Assembly (NCBI RefSeq): GCF_006345805.1 | Contig: NC_043001.1 | Span: forward strand, 78,368,001-78,432,000 | Length of the DNA: 64,000 bases | Reading direction: 5' to 3' | Source: Octopus sinensis | Lineage: Eukaryota | Shown here: one piece after another, positions 1 through 13,421 of the stretch | Layout of the letters: every line of letters starts with the position of its first letter | Position numbering within the stretch: the stretch's first letter is position 1 | The notes under the pieces: generated by a model | Told to the model about the DNA's origin: nothing | Databases searched by the model: none | Seen by the model: only the letters and a program-made list of their open reading frames with translations | Program-made: the position numbers and the translations under genes

Positions 1-874
1 CCAGTTACGTCTTTTCGACATTTTGTCTTTATATTAAAGAAATTAATCCCAATTTTGATCAATTTATTCTACTTTACGTCCGTCTCAGCGAACATATTTA
101 AAAGCATGAAAATTGTGGCATGAAATGCTATTAAAAACCAATACTGAATTTGAAAAGCAAATAAACTAAACGTGGAAGTATGCACAAACCATTTATTAAA
201 ATACATAAGCTAATACTTTTTCTAAAATGTTTTTCGTGTTTCGCCGCTTTTCGAGTTAAGACTAATATCTTGGTACCAATTACTCACGTAAGCTGAGGTG
301 TGCTTGCATAGAGAAATATATGTGCATTAAGTGAAAAGGAGAGAAAGAGAAACAGTAGAAGAGCGGTGTAAAGAAATAGGAGAGAAAGGAGAAAAAGAGA
401 ATTATAATGTGAAAGTTTTAACTGCCAAATGATGGAGAAGCAGTGAAGTAAAAATAGCGTTACTGTTAAGAAATTCTCTAAAGTAACATCGGATTTCGTT
501 CATACGATAAAATTGGGGAAAACATATGAAAAGTGCTAACATTAAATGACATGCAAAATAAATGTTAGAATATTATGGACTGAAGCATACGGCTACTAAG
601 TATAAAATATAAATATCTTGGACTCGGTATAGATAAATACATATAAAATCGGTGATGTATGAAAAAGATTCCTCTGAAGTTTATATGGCGTACATCTACA
701 AAAGGTTACCTTCAAGTGGGAAGTAAATAAAAAACAACTTATGATCAATAATAACAATAAAGTATAATGTTAATTAGCAATTAGCTGAAATATGTATTCG
801 AAAGATAATTAGCGTCATGAAAATTGAAAAAATCAAAGTGGCATAGGGAATAATATAAAAACGAAGAACTACCA

Positions 875-1153
875 TGTATGTATGTATGTCTGTATGTATG
901 TATGTATGTATGTATGTATGTATGTATGAATGTATGTATGTATGTATGAATGTATGTATGTATGAATGTATGTATATATGTATGCATGCATGCAAGTATG
1001 TATGTAAGCATGCGCGTATTTTAGTACGTATGTATGTACGCATACACACATATGCACACATCTATGTGTCTGTGTGTGTATGCATATATATATATGTATA
1101 TACGCACATTGCATATATATGTATATATATATATATATACATACAATATATAT

Positions 1154-1211
<58 letters not shown>

Positions 1212-1250
1212 TATACACATGCGCACACACATACCCCGCCCCCCATATAT
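875..1250. repeat. Compound microsatellite (TATG)n/(TA)n/(CA)n; representative of dozens of similar tracts across the window
   Basis: Direct inspection; produces the YI/MYVC/HT-repeat pseudo-ORFs. Confidence 0.95.
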
Positions 1251-1277
1251 ATATTTTTATACATAAGAATAGAAATA

Positions 1278-2033
1278 TTCCTTTCTACTATAGAAACAAG
1301 ACCTGAAATTTGAGGGAGCGGCTTAGCCAATTACATCGACACCAGTGTTCAACTTCTATTGGGTTGTCCGGAATGTTCGTGCCGATTTATAGTAGCTTAC
1401 TTTTCGACGTAGTTTAGAACATGATTGATTCCATGAAATAGGATTTCACTACACCTCCATTTAGAACATAATTTAAGTGGAAGAATGTTTATGTTCCTAA
1501 TAACCTGTGTTAATTCTGTAACCCTTTAAAATGGAAGATAAGAATGTTCATTTTCGGCACTTGATGCTATGGGAACTAGACTGCAGCTCGGCTGGGATGT
1601 GTTTACTCTACTCTACATATTCACCAGATACTCTCCTTCGGATTTCTACTTATTCAGGTCTCTGCAGAATAGTCTTAATGGTAAAACTTTCAATTCCTTG
1701 GATGACGTAAAAAGATACCTTGATGAATTCTTTGCCATGAAACCACCTAAATTCTGGGAAGAGGGTATTTTCAATTTAAAGGAAACATGGAGACGTATTG
1801 TGTAACAAATGGATCATGAGTGATTGATTAAAAATGTAATGGCAAGTATTTATTGACCTTTTTCTTTCCTTTAAATATCGGCACGAACTTTCCGGACAAC
1901 TCAATATTTATTCATCGAAACCAAAAATGATGCAAGTCGATCTCGGTGGAATTTGAACTGAGAGCGTAAAGACGGGACGAACTGCCGCTAAACATTTTGT
2001 CCAGCGTGCTAACAATTCTTCAGTTCGCCACCT
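1278..2033 (-). mobile_element. tRNA-derived SINE family A, interrupted by a mariner derivative
   Basis: Halves 1278-1356 and 1907-2033 join to match other family A copies; TSD taagaatag(a/t)aata at 1264-1277 and 2034-2047. Confidence 0.85.
1359..1904 (+). mobile_element. Internally deleted mariner transposon (546 bp)
   Basis: 28-bp TIRs ttgggttgtccggaatgttcgtgccgat / atcggcacgaactttccggacaactcaa (2 mismatches); TA on both sides; transposase N-terminus MEDKNVHFRHLMLWE at 1531 followed directly by C-terminus SPSDFYLFRSLQNSLNGKTF... Confidence 0.92.
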
Positions 2034-2990
2034 TAAGAATAGTAATAATAATATCGAAAACTTAGAGAGCTTATAAAAATGAAGCGTTGAATTCGTATTA
2101 AGTGTAAGTATTGTAGATATTTTACGAGTTAAATGTAGCTGTTGGGGGTAAATATTTTCCAGTTCTTTCAAAGATTACGTTTTATATTTAATATTAAAAT
2201 AGAGCAAAGTTTAGAGTAAGGGAAATTTTTTCGATAAATATCTCAATAGAAATCGGAACAGTAGGCGTAAGTAGGGTACAGATACACTATATCTATTAAG
2301 TTGAATAAAAGCAGAGACAATCTAATTTAAAATGTTGTTACATATAATAAGTGCATTAAATATTGCAACTATAATGGTAAAACTGTGCAGAAATATGTAG
2401 ATTATATACTTAGAAGAAAGAAAAGACGACTTGAATTTGAAGGATTTAGAAATTTCCAAAGGATGCAACGACAATAAGATCAGAGGTGAATCTAATGATA
2501 AGGAATGAGATAAATAAAAGAAATAATGATCTCTGATTTTGGCACAGCGTCCACAGAATTGAAGGGAAGGTAGGGATTAGTCGATTCCCTCAATTCTAAT
2601 ACTTGTCTTGTACTTTATTTTATTGAATTTTGACGGAGAAACGTCTAGAAATTGCTCTGCTGTATTTGTTCTGCAAGAGACAATTTCAGCACACCATTCT
2701 TTCGACCTTCCAGAAATACTGAATCTCGCGACAAAGTGGAATGTTGGTACGTGGATAATAGTTAAGAACTGATGGAGTTTAAATTCTAATGATAATCTGA
2801 CATATGAATATAAAAATATCTATAACACCCAATAGAGCTATCAAAAGCAATAAAGAATAATTAGCAAACTAAAATAGCTATGGGATTTCGGAAGCATGAG
2901 ATTAATGAAACATTGTGATAAAGGAAGTAGGTTGTTATTGGTAGAATAAGGGACAGGAAGCACCTTATTCCTGTGTGTGAGGAGTAAGTC

Positions 2991-3062
<72 letters not shown>

Positions 3063-3097
3063 AAAGTTGGTTTGTGAAAGCACGTGGGTGAATATAT

Positions 3098-3293
3098 AGA
3101 AAGTAGTAAAGAGTGAAAAAACGACAGAAGGCTTAAATGTTAAAAAATATATATATATTTGCGTCAATATGTCTGAAGATATTAGGAAATTTTTTTTAAA
3201 AATCTTCTAATATTCTTCAGACATATTGACGCAAATATATATATTTTTTAACATTTAAGCCTTCTGTCGTTTTTTCACTCTTTATTACTTTCT
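3098..3293. repeat. Near-perfect fold-back inverted repeat (~90-bp arms, ~20-bp spacer)
   Basis: agaaagtagtaaagagtgaaaaaacgacagaagg...gtctgaagatattag mirrored by ctaatattcttcagac...ccttctgtcgttttttcactctttattactttct. Confidence 0.9.
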
Positions 3294-3446
3294 CTCTCTC
3301 TCTCTCTCTCTCTATAAATATATATATATATATATATATACTATTTAAACATTGGTCAAGAAATATAAGGTTAAACTATCTTATTAATGTACTTCTGTAT
3401 GTATTAGCGTAGATGAAGAAAGTAGAATATTAAAATTAGGAAAACA

Positions 3447-3810
3447 AGCGCAGAAATGACTGTCTGGTGAGACGTTTGCTTCAATAATCATGTCGTTCCG
3501 TTCTCAAATCCACTTTGTGGCACCTTGAACAATTGTTTTCCACAACAGCCTTGGCTTAAACAAGCCTTGTAAGTGAATTTGATAGGTGAAAACTGAAAGA
3601 AGCATGTTGCATATGCATGAGGTTTCCTGCCAGTGTTTGTTCCCCATCACCACTTAAATGGTGTTGCTGTGTTTACGTCTCCGTAACTTATCAGTTCGGA
3701 AAATGAGGGTCTTCAAAAATAAGTACTGGGATCGGTTCGTTTGACTAAAATTCTTCAAGACTGAGCCCCAACATATCTGCGTTTTAGTGACTGAAACAAT
3801 TAAGAAAACA
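3447..3810 (+). mobile_element. SINE family B (tRNA head, CORE-like middle, stem-loop tail), diverged
   Basis: Matches copies at 42288 and 45567: gtggcaccttg...gaaaactgaaagaagc...gtttacgtctccgtaactta...tgactgaaac. Confidence 0.75.
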
Positions 3811-3905
3811 AAATTTAACCACACACTAACACATATATAAATGCTTCAGCTACAATTACTAAGAAATGTCTCAGGTAAACGTGCTAACGTCTCATCCAGC
3901 TCGCC

Positions 3906-3951
<46 letters not shown>

Positions 3952-3968
3952 GTATGTATATATATGGT

Positions 3969-4002
<34 letters not shown>

Positions 4003-4009
4003 CTGCGTG

Positions 4010-4200
4010 TTTGTGTGTCTGCGTTTTTCCCCCTTGACAATCGATGGTGGTATGTTGAAGTTCCCGTAACTTACCGATTCGGCAAAAGATACCGAGAGAA
4101 TAAGCACAAGCTTGCAAAGAATAAGTCCTGCGGTCCATTTGCTCGACTAAAGGGGGTGCTCCAGCATGACCACAGTCAAATGACTGAAACAAATAAATGA
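4010..4200 (+). mobile_element. SINE family B 3' module
   Basis: cccgtaacttaccgattcggcaaaag...ggtgctccagcatgaccacagtcaaatgactgaaacaaataaa. Confidence 0.8.
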
Positions 4201-4644
4201 GAAAAAAAAAAAAAGAATTATTGTATATTATTCAATTGTTGTAGGTCGCTAACGTTCGGTAAGCTCAAGAAATTTATGGGAGCAGTTTTTTAGCCCTTTT
4301 TCAACGGAAAGGGATCCTTTATTTAGAACGCCCACCTTAATTGCCCTTGCAAATAAATTGTATAGACTCTAACTACTTACTCTCAAAATTTATCTCTAGA
4401 TTAAATAATTTACTCTAATTATCATTCTGTTCTTTAACACTGTATAGTATTTATACACCGCAAATCAGTGGGGAAAATCTCGCTCTCTAATAATACCACT
4501 GCTTGGTACTTATTACCTTTATTTCATTAGTAGTTTAATATAGTTTTTATAGTAATCATTTTCCGCTACACATACATACAAACATACATACATACATTCA
4601 TACATACATATATAATTATTATATATATATATATATATATATAT

Positions 4645-4679
<35 letters not shown>

Positions 4680-4832
4680 CATACATACATGCTGCATATA
4701 TGCATATATATACATGCATACATTATATTATTATATATATATATATATATCTATATATATATAATATATATATATATATATAATATATATGTATGTATGA
4801 TATATGTATATATGTATGTATGTGTGTGTATA

Positions 4833-5214
4833 TCTCTCTTATATAAACGGCAGTTTGTCTGTGCGTGTTTCTGTGTGTCTGTTTGTTTGTACCCTCACCC
4901 TGACCACGGCTTTCAACCGATTCTGATGAAACTTGACACACACATAGCCCAATGTCATAATTCAAAACTAACGCAGCGAAAATTTTGAAAAGTTCCCCCA
5001 GTTCTGAAAAAATCGATAAATTCGACATGGGGTCGAGAATCAGAAACACAAACCGCAAACTGTCTAGGGGACGCAACTCCACCTTTTTTTAACTAAAAAA
5101 AAAATTTACCATCATTTTTTTCCATTTTTTTGCTATTTTTTGGCTATAACTCTCTAAAAATGCTTTATAGTTATTTCCCTTACAAACCTGAGCAACGCCG
5201 GGCGATACTGCTAG
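4833..5214 (+). mobile_element. Non-autonomous Helitron
   Basis: Starts TC, ends CTAG, inserted between A and T, no TSD; subterminal hairpin cctgagcaacgccggg (5187-5202) 8 nt before CTAG; internal GTCT/GTTT-like repeat. Confidence 0.8.
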
Positions 5215-5317
5215 TATATATATATATGCATATATATATAGTATATATATATATATATATATATTATTATATGTATATATATATATGTATATATATATCT
5301 ATATATATGTATATATG

Positions 5318-5388
<71 letters not shown>

Positions 5389-6703
5389 TACATAATATAT
5401 ATATATATATATTCCTCTGCTGATCCTTCTATTTTTTCATTTCGTCACTTGATATTATTTCGTCTTTTTGTCGTATGGTACTAATTATCTTTCGTGTTCA
5501 TATTTCCTCAAATTGTTAATTAGTGTTATACTTTCTTACTGAACTCTTTCCCGTTTATTTTACTTGTTCATTCTAAGGTAACCTTTTATACATACAGGCG
5601 GCAAAAATCATCACAGAATTATTTTCATACTTCACCAATTTTATACTCTTGCTACTAAAGAGATGTAAAGCTATTTACATTTTACATTTAGTCATAATAT
5701 TTCTGCTCGTATATATTAGTCACTAATATTCATACATTTACATCTAGATTTAAAATCCTTGTCTGATTTCCCAGCTTCTTGATCTTTTAACGATATAGCG
5801 ACAGGTCAATAAATCTTTAATGTAAGTGCTTTTCTACCTTTATCTCAATGTGTTGCCTGAAATCATTCTTACTACCTTACACTTTATCGCTATCTATCTC
5901 TTCCCATCGTTTTCCATCTCCGTTCAGTGTATTTCCCATTCACTCTATCTCCACCCCGGTCCTCCCCCCCTCTCTATACTTTCCTTTCTATACATCACAT
6001 TCTTTTTGACTTCCTTTTCGTTTCCCACTCGTTTCTGCTTCTGCATTATCAACTTTCACGTATTCATCACATACAATACGGTTATAAACACAATCAAACA
6101 CCTCACACTCATATTCGCCCACGTCACTATACTCCCAGACATGCACAGTTCTATAGACACACACACACACACACACCCAAAATTCCACACACAAGTGATC
6201 CTTCTCTTGTCTCCATCTCAAAACACACACTCTTCTATACATGCACACTCATACGATAGCGTCTCTCTGCTCCCTTGGCAACTAATACATCGATGGAGTT
6301 TTCTTTTATTTTTGAACCAATTTTTCTCTTTCTTTCTTTCTTTCTTTCTCCTCCTAAGCTTTTCTTTTTATGAAGAACCTCCGTCCGAAACGTTGAAAAG
6401 ACATTTTTCTTCTGTCATTTAGGGTTAAACAAATACAATATTTGATAAAACGTATCCCTTCTTTGTTGCTTTTCTTCTTTAGCTTTCGCTCATTACACGT
6501 CCAATATATAAATACACACAAACAACATAATATATATACATGTATACATGTATGTATGTATGTATGTATGTATGTACGTATGTATGTATGTAGTACGTAT
6601 GTATGTATGTATGTATGTATGTATGTATGTATGTATGTATGTATGTATGTATGTATGTATGTATGTATGTATGTATGTATATATGTGTATATGTGTGGAG
6701 ACG

Positions 6704-6734
<31 letters not shown>

Positions 6735-6859
6735 TTGTGTGTGTGTGTGTGTGGTCTGTTTATCTGCCACTTTATATATGTCTGTGTGTATATATACGTT
6801 TATGAATTTATGTTCCAAGATTTCTGATGTGAAACCGAGTGTTGAAACAGATATTGTTA

Positions 6860-7236
6860 TATTTTGGGATGGTCATTCTTTTTCGCCAAATAAACACACG
6901 CACTATATATGCCTTCTTCGCTCATTCATTACTGTTCTCATTTTATCATGTGTCCATTGTCCGGAAATATTTCGTCACACACCTGTAACCTCTTCAGCGA
7001 TCCTTTCCTGCCACGTGTGTCTTCCATTCTATGATCTTAGAAGAACAGATGATATAAAGACAGAATAGATGAAGCGGATCATGAAGACACACGTGGACGG
7101 AAAGAGTCGCTGAAGTGGTCAAAAGTGTGTGACGAAAGATTTGCGGACATTGGACATAAGATAGAATAAGAATAAACGAGTTAAGAACGAATATATAGTG
7201 CGAGTGTTTGACAAAAAAATTGAGCATCCTGAAATA
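6860..7236. mobile_element. Fold-back element (~160-bp arms) with hammerhead motifs; probable inverted Penelope pLTR pair
   Basis: Arms 6860-7024 and 7083-7236 are reverse complements (e.g. ccacgtgtgtcttc / gaagacacacgtgg; cgcactatat / atatagtgcg). Confidence 0.8.
6959..7002 (-). ncRNA. Minimal type I hammerhead ribozyme motif
   Basis: Minus strand gatcg-CTGAAGA-g-gttac aggtgt gtgac-GAAATATTTC-cggac: intact core, stem II, palindromic stem III; the plus-strand copy at 7105-7148 has core mutations. Confidence 0.65.
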
Positions 7237-8749
7237 CATACATACATACATACATACATACATACATACATACATACATACATACATACATACATACATA
7301 ATATATATATAGATATATATATAGATGAATAAATAGATAAATGGAGTTGAACGAAGATGTTAATAAAATTCCTTTACTTTCGACATATGTGAACTTGCTA
7401 CCCTGGTAACGGTTCATTGAATTTTCCATGTTAAGGGGAAACATTGGATAATTCATTCACCCATCGATATATATATTATAGTATATATATATGTATGTAT
7501 ATATATATATATATATATAATATAATATATATATATATATATGGAGAGAGAGATAGAGAGAGAGGAGATCGAGCTGAGGTGAGCCACAAGGGAAGTTGAT
7601 CCGCCCCCTACAACCATCACTTTCATTTCATAAAGAAAGTTTAAACGCCCTTTGTTGGTAGAGTGTCAGATATCTTTCTTTTCAGTTGCGGCAAATAGTT
7701 ACATACCAGGTCTATGGACATGAAGTGAAGGAAGAACGCTAAACTACTTAAGAAAGTAGATTCCAGTCTTAGAGCTAAGACTCTTTCTATTATTTACGTA
7801 GGTACAGTTATTTTTGTGGCGTTGTAGGCAACATATAGCCTATGCATTGGAGATTTATTGAGGAGGTTTTTATTGAATTTGATACAACTACTTTGATGTG
7901 AGTCAAAGCATATTTCAAAATGGCCGACACCAGCCATTCTTGGCAGATCCCGTCGCACATATTTTCAGTTTCGCTGTAATCTCGATTGGTGGAATCTGCA
8001 GTGATTTTGACATTAACTTTAATATATTGTGTTATTAACGTTCTATATTTCTTTGAACTTTACACTCCTGGACTCCGAGTGAAAATTTGTTTTAAAAAAG
8101 TGGTGAAACTTGTCTTTCCCTGTGTTTTGTTTCGCATTTGACTGTTTTTAGACTCTGTTCGCAAATGTCATTGTATTTCCATTCACGAAATCATTCATGA
8201 TTATGGCGTCGATTATCATTGTACCAGCACTTTATACTAGGCCACGCAAGAAAATTCACAAGCGAAACATGTTTTCCCTACTCCCATTTACAAGGTGGCA
8301 CAACTCTCCCAGGATGGCTCAACTCTCATTATGAGTATGCTCAACACTCCTCACTCTGCAAGAGACTTATGTCATTTGACGATTTAAAAAAAAAAGCTGA
8401 GTAATATATTGAAATGCAATCACCTTCAATATCATAACCCGCATTGTATTATAACATAGTATCTAAACTTCAAATGACAACAAGTTCTCCAAACAGCAAT
8501 GCAGATTTGGGGAAATATCGCCCATTGCGAAAAATGTGGCTGAATTTTCCTGGTTCTTCCCTATATACATGTAGTATTCTCCACTTGTGTTCATAGATTT
8601 TCAAATACTTAAGATTTTACCACAAATATAAATACAGTTAGACAAAAATCTTTTAGACAAAAATCTTTGCTATATAATACTTTATAATATATAGTACAGA
8701 TATGGCATAATTTCACATAAATCAAATAGTATATTTATCTAATCATCAT

Positions 8750-10440
8750 CTCCTATTTTTAGCCAATAAATTCTTTTGGTTTTCACGTTTTTTTATTATG
8801 ATGTTTTTAAAAAATATCTTTTTTTACAACGTTGAAGTGTGTTAGACATTAAAAAAATATGTTGTAATGTTCATAAATTTCTGTTACCGCTTTCATACGT
8901 TCATAGTAATCATCAGATTTCAAAATGTAATTAACTGACAGTTGGGTTCTTGACTCGTGTAGTAAAATGATTGACTTCTTCCTTTTTGTACTTCTTAGAA
9001 GGCTTCAAAAAGTGGAAGTTTTGGAATACGGATTTGACCCTCTGCAGGTAGCTTAAATGTCACGGTTTGCCGGACGTATCGATATTACTGGCATAGGTCC
9101 CGCCTTTATTTCAACCAATTAGCTTGCGGTTTACATGTAATGGGTTTTCTGAGTGAGCAAGCCTAGTTGGTTTCGATCTTTTTTTATTTCAATTGGTATG
9201 AGTATTCTGTAATTTGTTTATATTCATACGTTAGGATATTTTTTTAATCCATCTCATTAACTGGTTCATTATATTATTGTTGTTATGTCCGTTCAGAACA
9301 TCTTTGAACATTTTAATAAACCATTTTTCTTTTATCTTTCTTCCAACCTCATTTCTGCCATGTATTTGTGGAAAGGAAAAATTATAAACATTTTTTAATC
9401 ATATATGATCGTTCAGTTTAACTAGGTGAACATTAGTGTTTCGGATTTGTTGTCTGTAGTCTCGTGAGCATTCCGATAAAGCATTCCCTGTCTCGCCAGT
9501 ATATAGTTCCTCGTAATTCGGGTAGTAGATCAAATTGCTGCATTTGCAGTTCATATCTGCATTTGCGAAAATCTGCCCATCTTTTGTTCCAATGAATCTA
9601 CAAATATGCATGTACTAACACGTTCTACACCTGTTATCATTACACTTGGATACTGTGAATGTTTTAACTTCTTTGAGCATACTGAATTTTGCCTTTGTTA
9701 AAAGTTTGTTTCGGTTATGTTGTTGATTTTGGTTAAGATAAGTGTTTCATTATTTATGTTTTTTTTTAAATTTTTGTCTTTGTTTCATGATTTGCAAATT
9801 TGTTTTGATCATGTTAAAAATGTTTTGTTAATGCGGATTGTATGTTACTAGAAATGGTATTGTATTTCGTTGATGGGTTCGTCTTTCTCGCGTTGCGCGA
9901 AGTTGTTCCATACGTATCTCTTTTGCTCGTTGTATGCTATTTTCTATAAGTAGGAAAGGGTATTTGGATAATCTACTATACAAATTTTCCTGGTTAGACA
10001 ATACGGAATCTTGCATTTTTGTGTGTTGGATGACATGATTTAAAATTTAGGTATTAGTGTGCATTGGTGCCTTTGTAATAAATATCAGTTGTGATTGTTG
10101 CTTTGTTTTAATTAGCATTATGTCAAGAAAAGTTAATTGTGTGTTGCTCGTTTCTGTTGTGAATTTGAGACTAGGATGTTGATTGTCGAGAAGGGTGTTG
10201 AATTCTTCCAGACATTCTAGGAATTTGGTCCAAATTAGGGAACAATCATCTACGTATATTTTCCATGTGTCTTCCATATGGCGTCTAAATATCATGGCGT
10301 AGTTCTCCTCACTTTTTTTATATAGGTTTTGTTCTACGTATCCCAACACTGAGATTGCAAAATATAGAGAAGCGATCCCCAGTGGATTTAATGTAACCTT
10401 CATAATTGACAAAGGGAAATAACTCAGAACCAATTGCTAC
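8750..10440 (-). mobile_element. Decayed Penelope-like element (RT C-terminal half plus GIY-YIG)
   Basis: WKIYVDD...HPSLKFTTE...LTFLDI (10047-10433); IPFLVTYNPH; CNDNRCRTC; CKCSNLIY...YTGETG; many frameshifts; 3' boundary approximate. Confidence 0.85.
8884..8920 (-). ncRNA. Degenerate hammerhead motif in the pLTR region of the adjacent Penelope remnant
   Basis: Minus strand CTGATGA-ttac tatgaac gtat-GAAA-gcgg-TA; stem I not evident; lies downstream of GIY-YIG on the same strand. Confidence 0.45.
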
Positions 10441-10716
10441 ACAGATATTGCTCTGAGCTGAGTGGGGACACTAAGCTCCCTTGTTCAAAAATAGAAGGAC
10501 ACAGATAGTGCGCCGATAGGCAAATGGAGACTATGTTTCCTGAGATAAAGAACAGTAACATTCATCCTAATCAGGACAGCCTTATTATGTTGGCAAACAA
10601 TCTTTACTCTAGAGTACTGTTACTGAATGTTTCTCGTTCAGAGATTTAGAAATAATATTACATACATACATACATACATACATACATGCATACATACATA
10701 CATACATACATACTAC

Positions 10717-10769
<53 letters not shown>

Positions 10770-10801
10770 TATATATATATATAATATATATATATATAAA
10801 C

Positions 10802-11210
10802 AAGAAAATTTAGAAATGTTAATTGTAGCATTAATATAATTTATTAACTGCAAAAATCCAACATATTCTCTTACAGCTGCTTTAATTTAGCCTAAAGGTT
10901 AAATTACAATAATTAAATCATTGTATCAGGCAAAATCTCATCAGAGCTGTAGAAAACATATACCGTAAGGTATAGTGTTTTCAAATCATCTCATTAGGAG
11001 TGTTTTCAAATCATTTCAGCAGACTGAGATGATTTAAAAACACAACACCTAATAACCTAATGGTATATCTTTTCTGCCCATCTGATCAAATTTTGCCAAA
11101 TACAATTATTTCATTATTGTAATTTAATCTTTAGGCTAAATTGAAACAGCTTAGAATTTTGTAGTTAATAAATTATATTAATGCTATATCTCGATTTTCT
11201 AAATTTTCTT
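10802..11210. mobile_element. Fold-back element (~200-bp arms) with hammerhead motifs in both arms
   Basis: aagaaaatttagaaa...gcattaatataatttattaact mirrored by agttaataaattatattaatgc...tttctaaattttctt; centre ~11020; combined arm consensus ctCTGATGA...GAAACAGCTGTAag. Confidence 0.85.
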
Positions 11211-11379
11211 TTAAATATTTACAAATCCAGATTTCTATTTAGACCTATAATTTTAAGAATATTACTTATTCACAAAAAAATAGTAGGCAATGAACCAGTA
11301 ATTCATTGCATATTATTATCCCTTAATGAGGTTATTTAAACCTCTAATTAAAATTATATATATACATGTGTGAGTGTGT

Positions 11380-11416
<37 letters not shown>

Positions 11417-11705
11417 GATCTATTTGTGTGTATTCGAATATGAAATAGAAGTAAACATTATCGACCAAACATACCTAAAATAATAATGCTTTGTATATGT
11501 GGCATGGTGGAAATTGCTCTCAAATTGCCAGGTGTTAAAACACCTGAAAGTCATAGGAAGGTGAGACAACTCACCCCAAACCCAATTCAAGAACGATGGA
11601 CATCAATGTTTCACCACTTTCGTGGCTTATCAACATCAATATTTTGTATGTTCGTGTGTGTATTGGTTTATAAATGCTTATATACATACATACATACATA
11701 CATAT

Positions 11706-11804
<99 letters not shown>

Positions 11805-12998
11805 TCTATCCATTATATCATTTCTAATTTATATTCGACCTTCTTTACTGTACAACATACAGATACATATATCATTTTGGCAAGAATCACATTTCAATAG
11901 GTTTACACTATATTTCAAATATCTATCATACACGCAAACAAACACATACATATATACACAAATATGTATAGATAAAGTGAGAGAGAGAGAGAGAGAGAGA
12001 GAGAAAGAAATAGAGAGAAACAGAGAGAGAGCAAATGATGTTTCTTTCGATTCGAAGCCAACCACCATGACGAACGAAGGGAAAAAGGAAGTAGAATGAA
12101 GAGGACAGGAAGATGTATTGTTGCAATATAGACAAACAGAATAGTTGAACCTAAAATTAATGAAGAGAGATCTCTGTGGAAAGGTCACACAGCAGAAGCA
12201 CAACGGAACTTTACGTCCGAAAGTTTAATAATAAGATGCAACTCGGAAAATTCAAACAAAGAAAAGAATAGCTAATCTAGGGGTAAAATTGAAAGGACAA
12301 AATACGGGGTTTTATGAAAAACTCACCCGTAACTAAGATTTAACAGTTGCTAGGAATCTGTTATAGAAATTTGCTCACAGAGGTGCGACGAAATTTCTGT
12401 CACTGAAATAATAAATGAAATGTGAATCTAACATGCTTTCTCCAATTTTAATTGGATAGGATGGTTTTTCTACGGTGTAAGTAGCAAGCACACACGCGTA
12501 AACTTACACACGCACACACAGAAACACACACACGTCATGCAAACAATAATATCTGCGTACATATAAATATATCTAATATCTACATAGAGTATCCTACATA
12601 GAGTAAAATTGGGATATTTACCTGTTACGTTGGAGGATATGAAAAATTTTCAGTAACTAATTACACTATCAACCGCTGTTGAATTGAATATAAGTTATTC
12701 GCTTAGGCACACTAAAGTAGTTATTTGATTCTTATGTAAATAGAACTGTAAGAGAAGAAATAAATAAAACACAGAACTTAGCATATGAACCAGAATATGA
12801 TTTCGTACGGATGATACGTAAAACATTCTACAGAATTTATAAAATGCAGAATGATTTCTGTAAAATATTAGTTTCATGCTCTAGTAAGCATTTGCAAAGA
12901 TTAAAGTAGGTACATGAAAGCAATGTGGCTACTTAACAAACATTTCGACCTGTTCAAATTTGCTTGAGTCATATTTGATCTGTGCAAAGGCAGTATTC

Positions 12999-13421
12999 TA
13001 TTCTACTCTCGGCACAAGGTCCGAAATTTTGGGGTAACGGGGCCAATCGATTAGATCGACTCCAGTACGCAACTGGTATTTAATTTATCGACCCCGAAAG
13101 GATGAAAGGCAAAGTCGACCTCGGCGGTATTTGAAGTTAGTAAGTAAAGACAGACGAAATACCGCTAAGCGGCTTGCCCGGCGTTTGTTATTTGTACATT
13201 GCCCACAAGGAGCTAAACATAAAGGGGACAAACAAGGACAGACAAAGGGATTAAATCGATTACATCAATCCCAGTGCGTAACTGGTACTTAATTTATCGA
13301 CCCCGAAAATATGAAAGGCAAAGTCGACCTCAGAGGAATTTGAACTCAGAACGTAGCGGCAGACGAAATACTGCTAAGCATTTTGCCTGGCGTGCTAACG
13401 TTTCTGCCAGCTCTCCGCTTT
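12999..13421 (-). mobile_element. Dimeric SINE family A
   Basis: Two core units with different tails; 18-bp TSD tgtgcaaaggc(a/t)gtattc at 12981-12998 and 13422-13439; B-box-like gagttcaaattcc on the minus strand. Confidence 0.9.

Noticed and set aside
1-2500. Faint GIY-YIG-like peptides (KSVMYE/FIWRTSTK near 650-700; NVVTYNKCIKYCNYNGKT near 2330-2390)
   Set aside because: Too degenerate to call without a profile search
4923-4933. ctgatgaaac resembling a hammerhead core
   Set aside because: No room for stem II; part of the Helitron internal motif accgattctgatgaaactt
6820-6858. ctgatgt...gaaacagata hammerhead-like string
   Set aside because: Core mismatch and no convincing stems I or III
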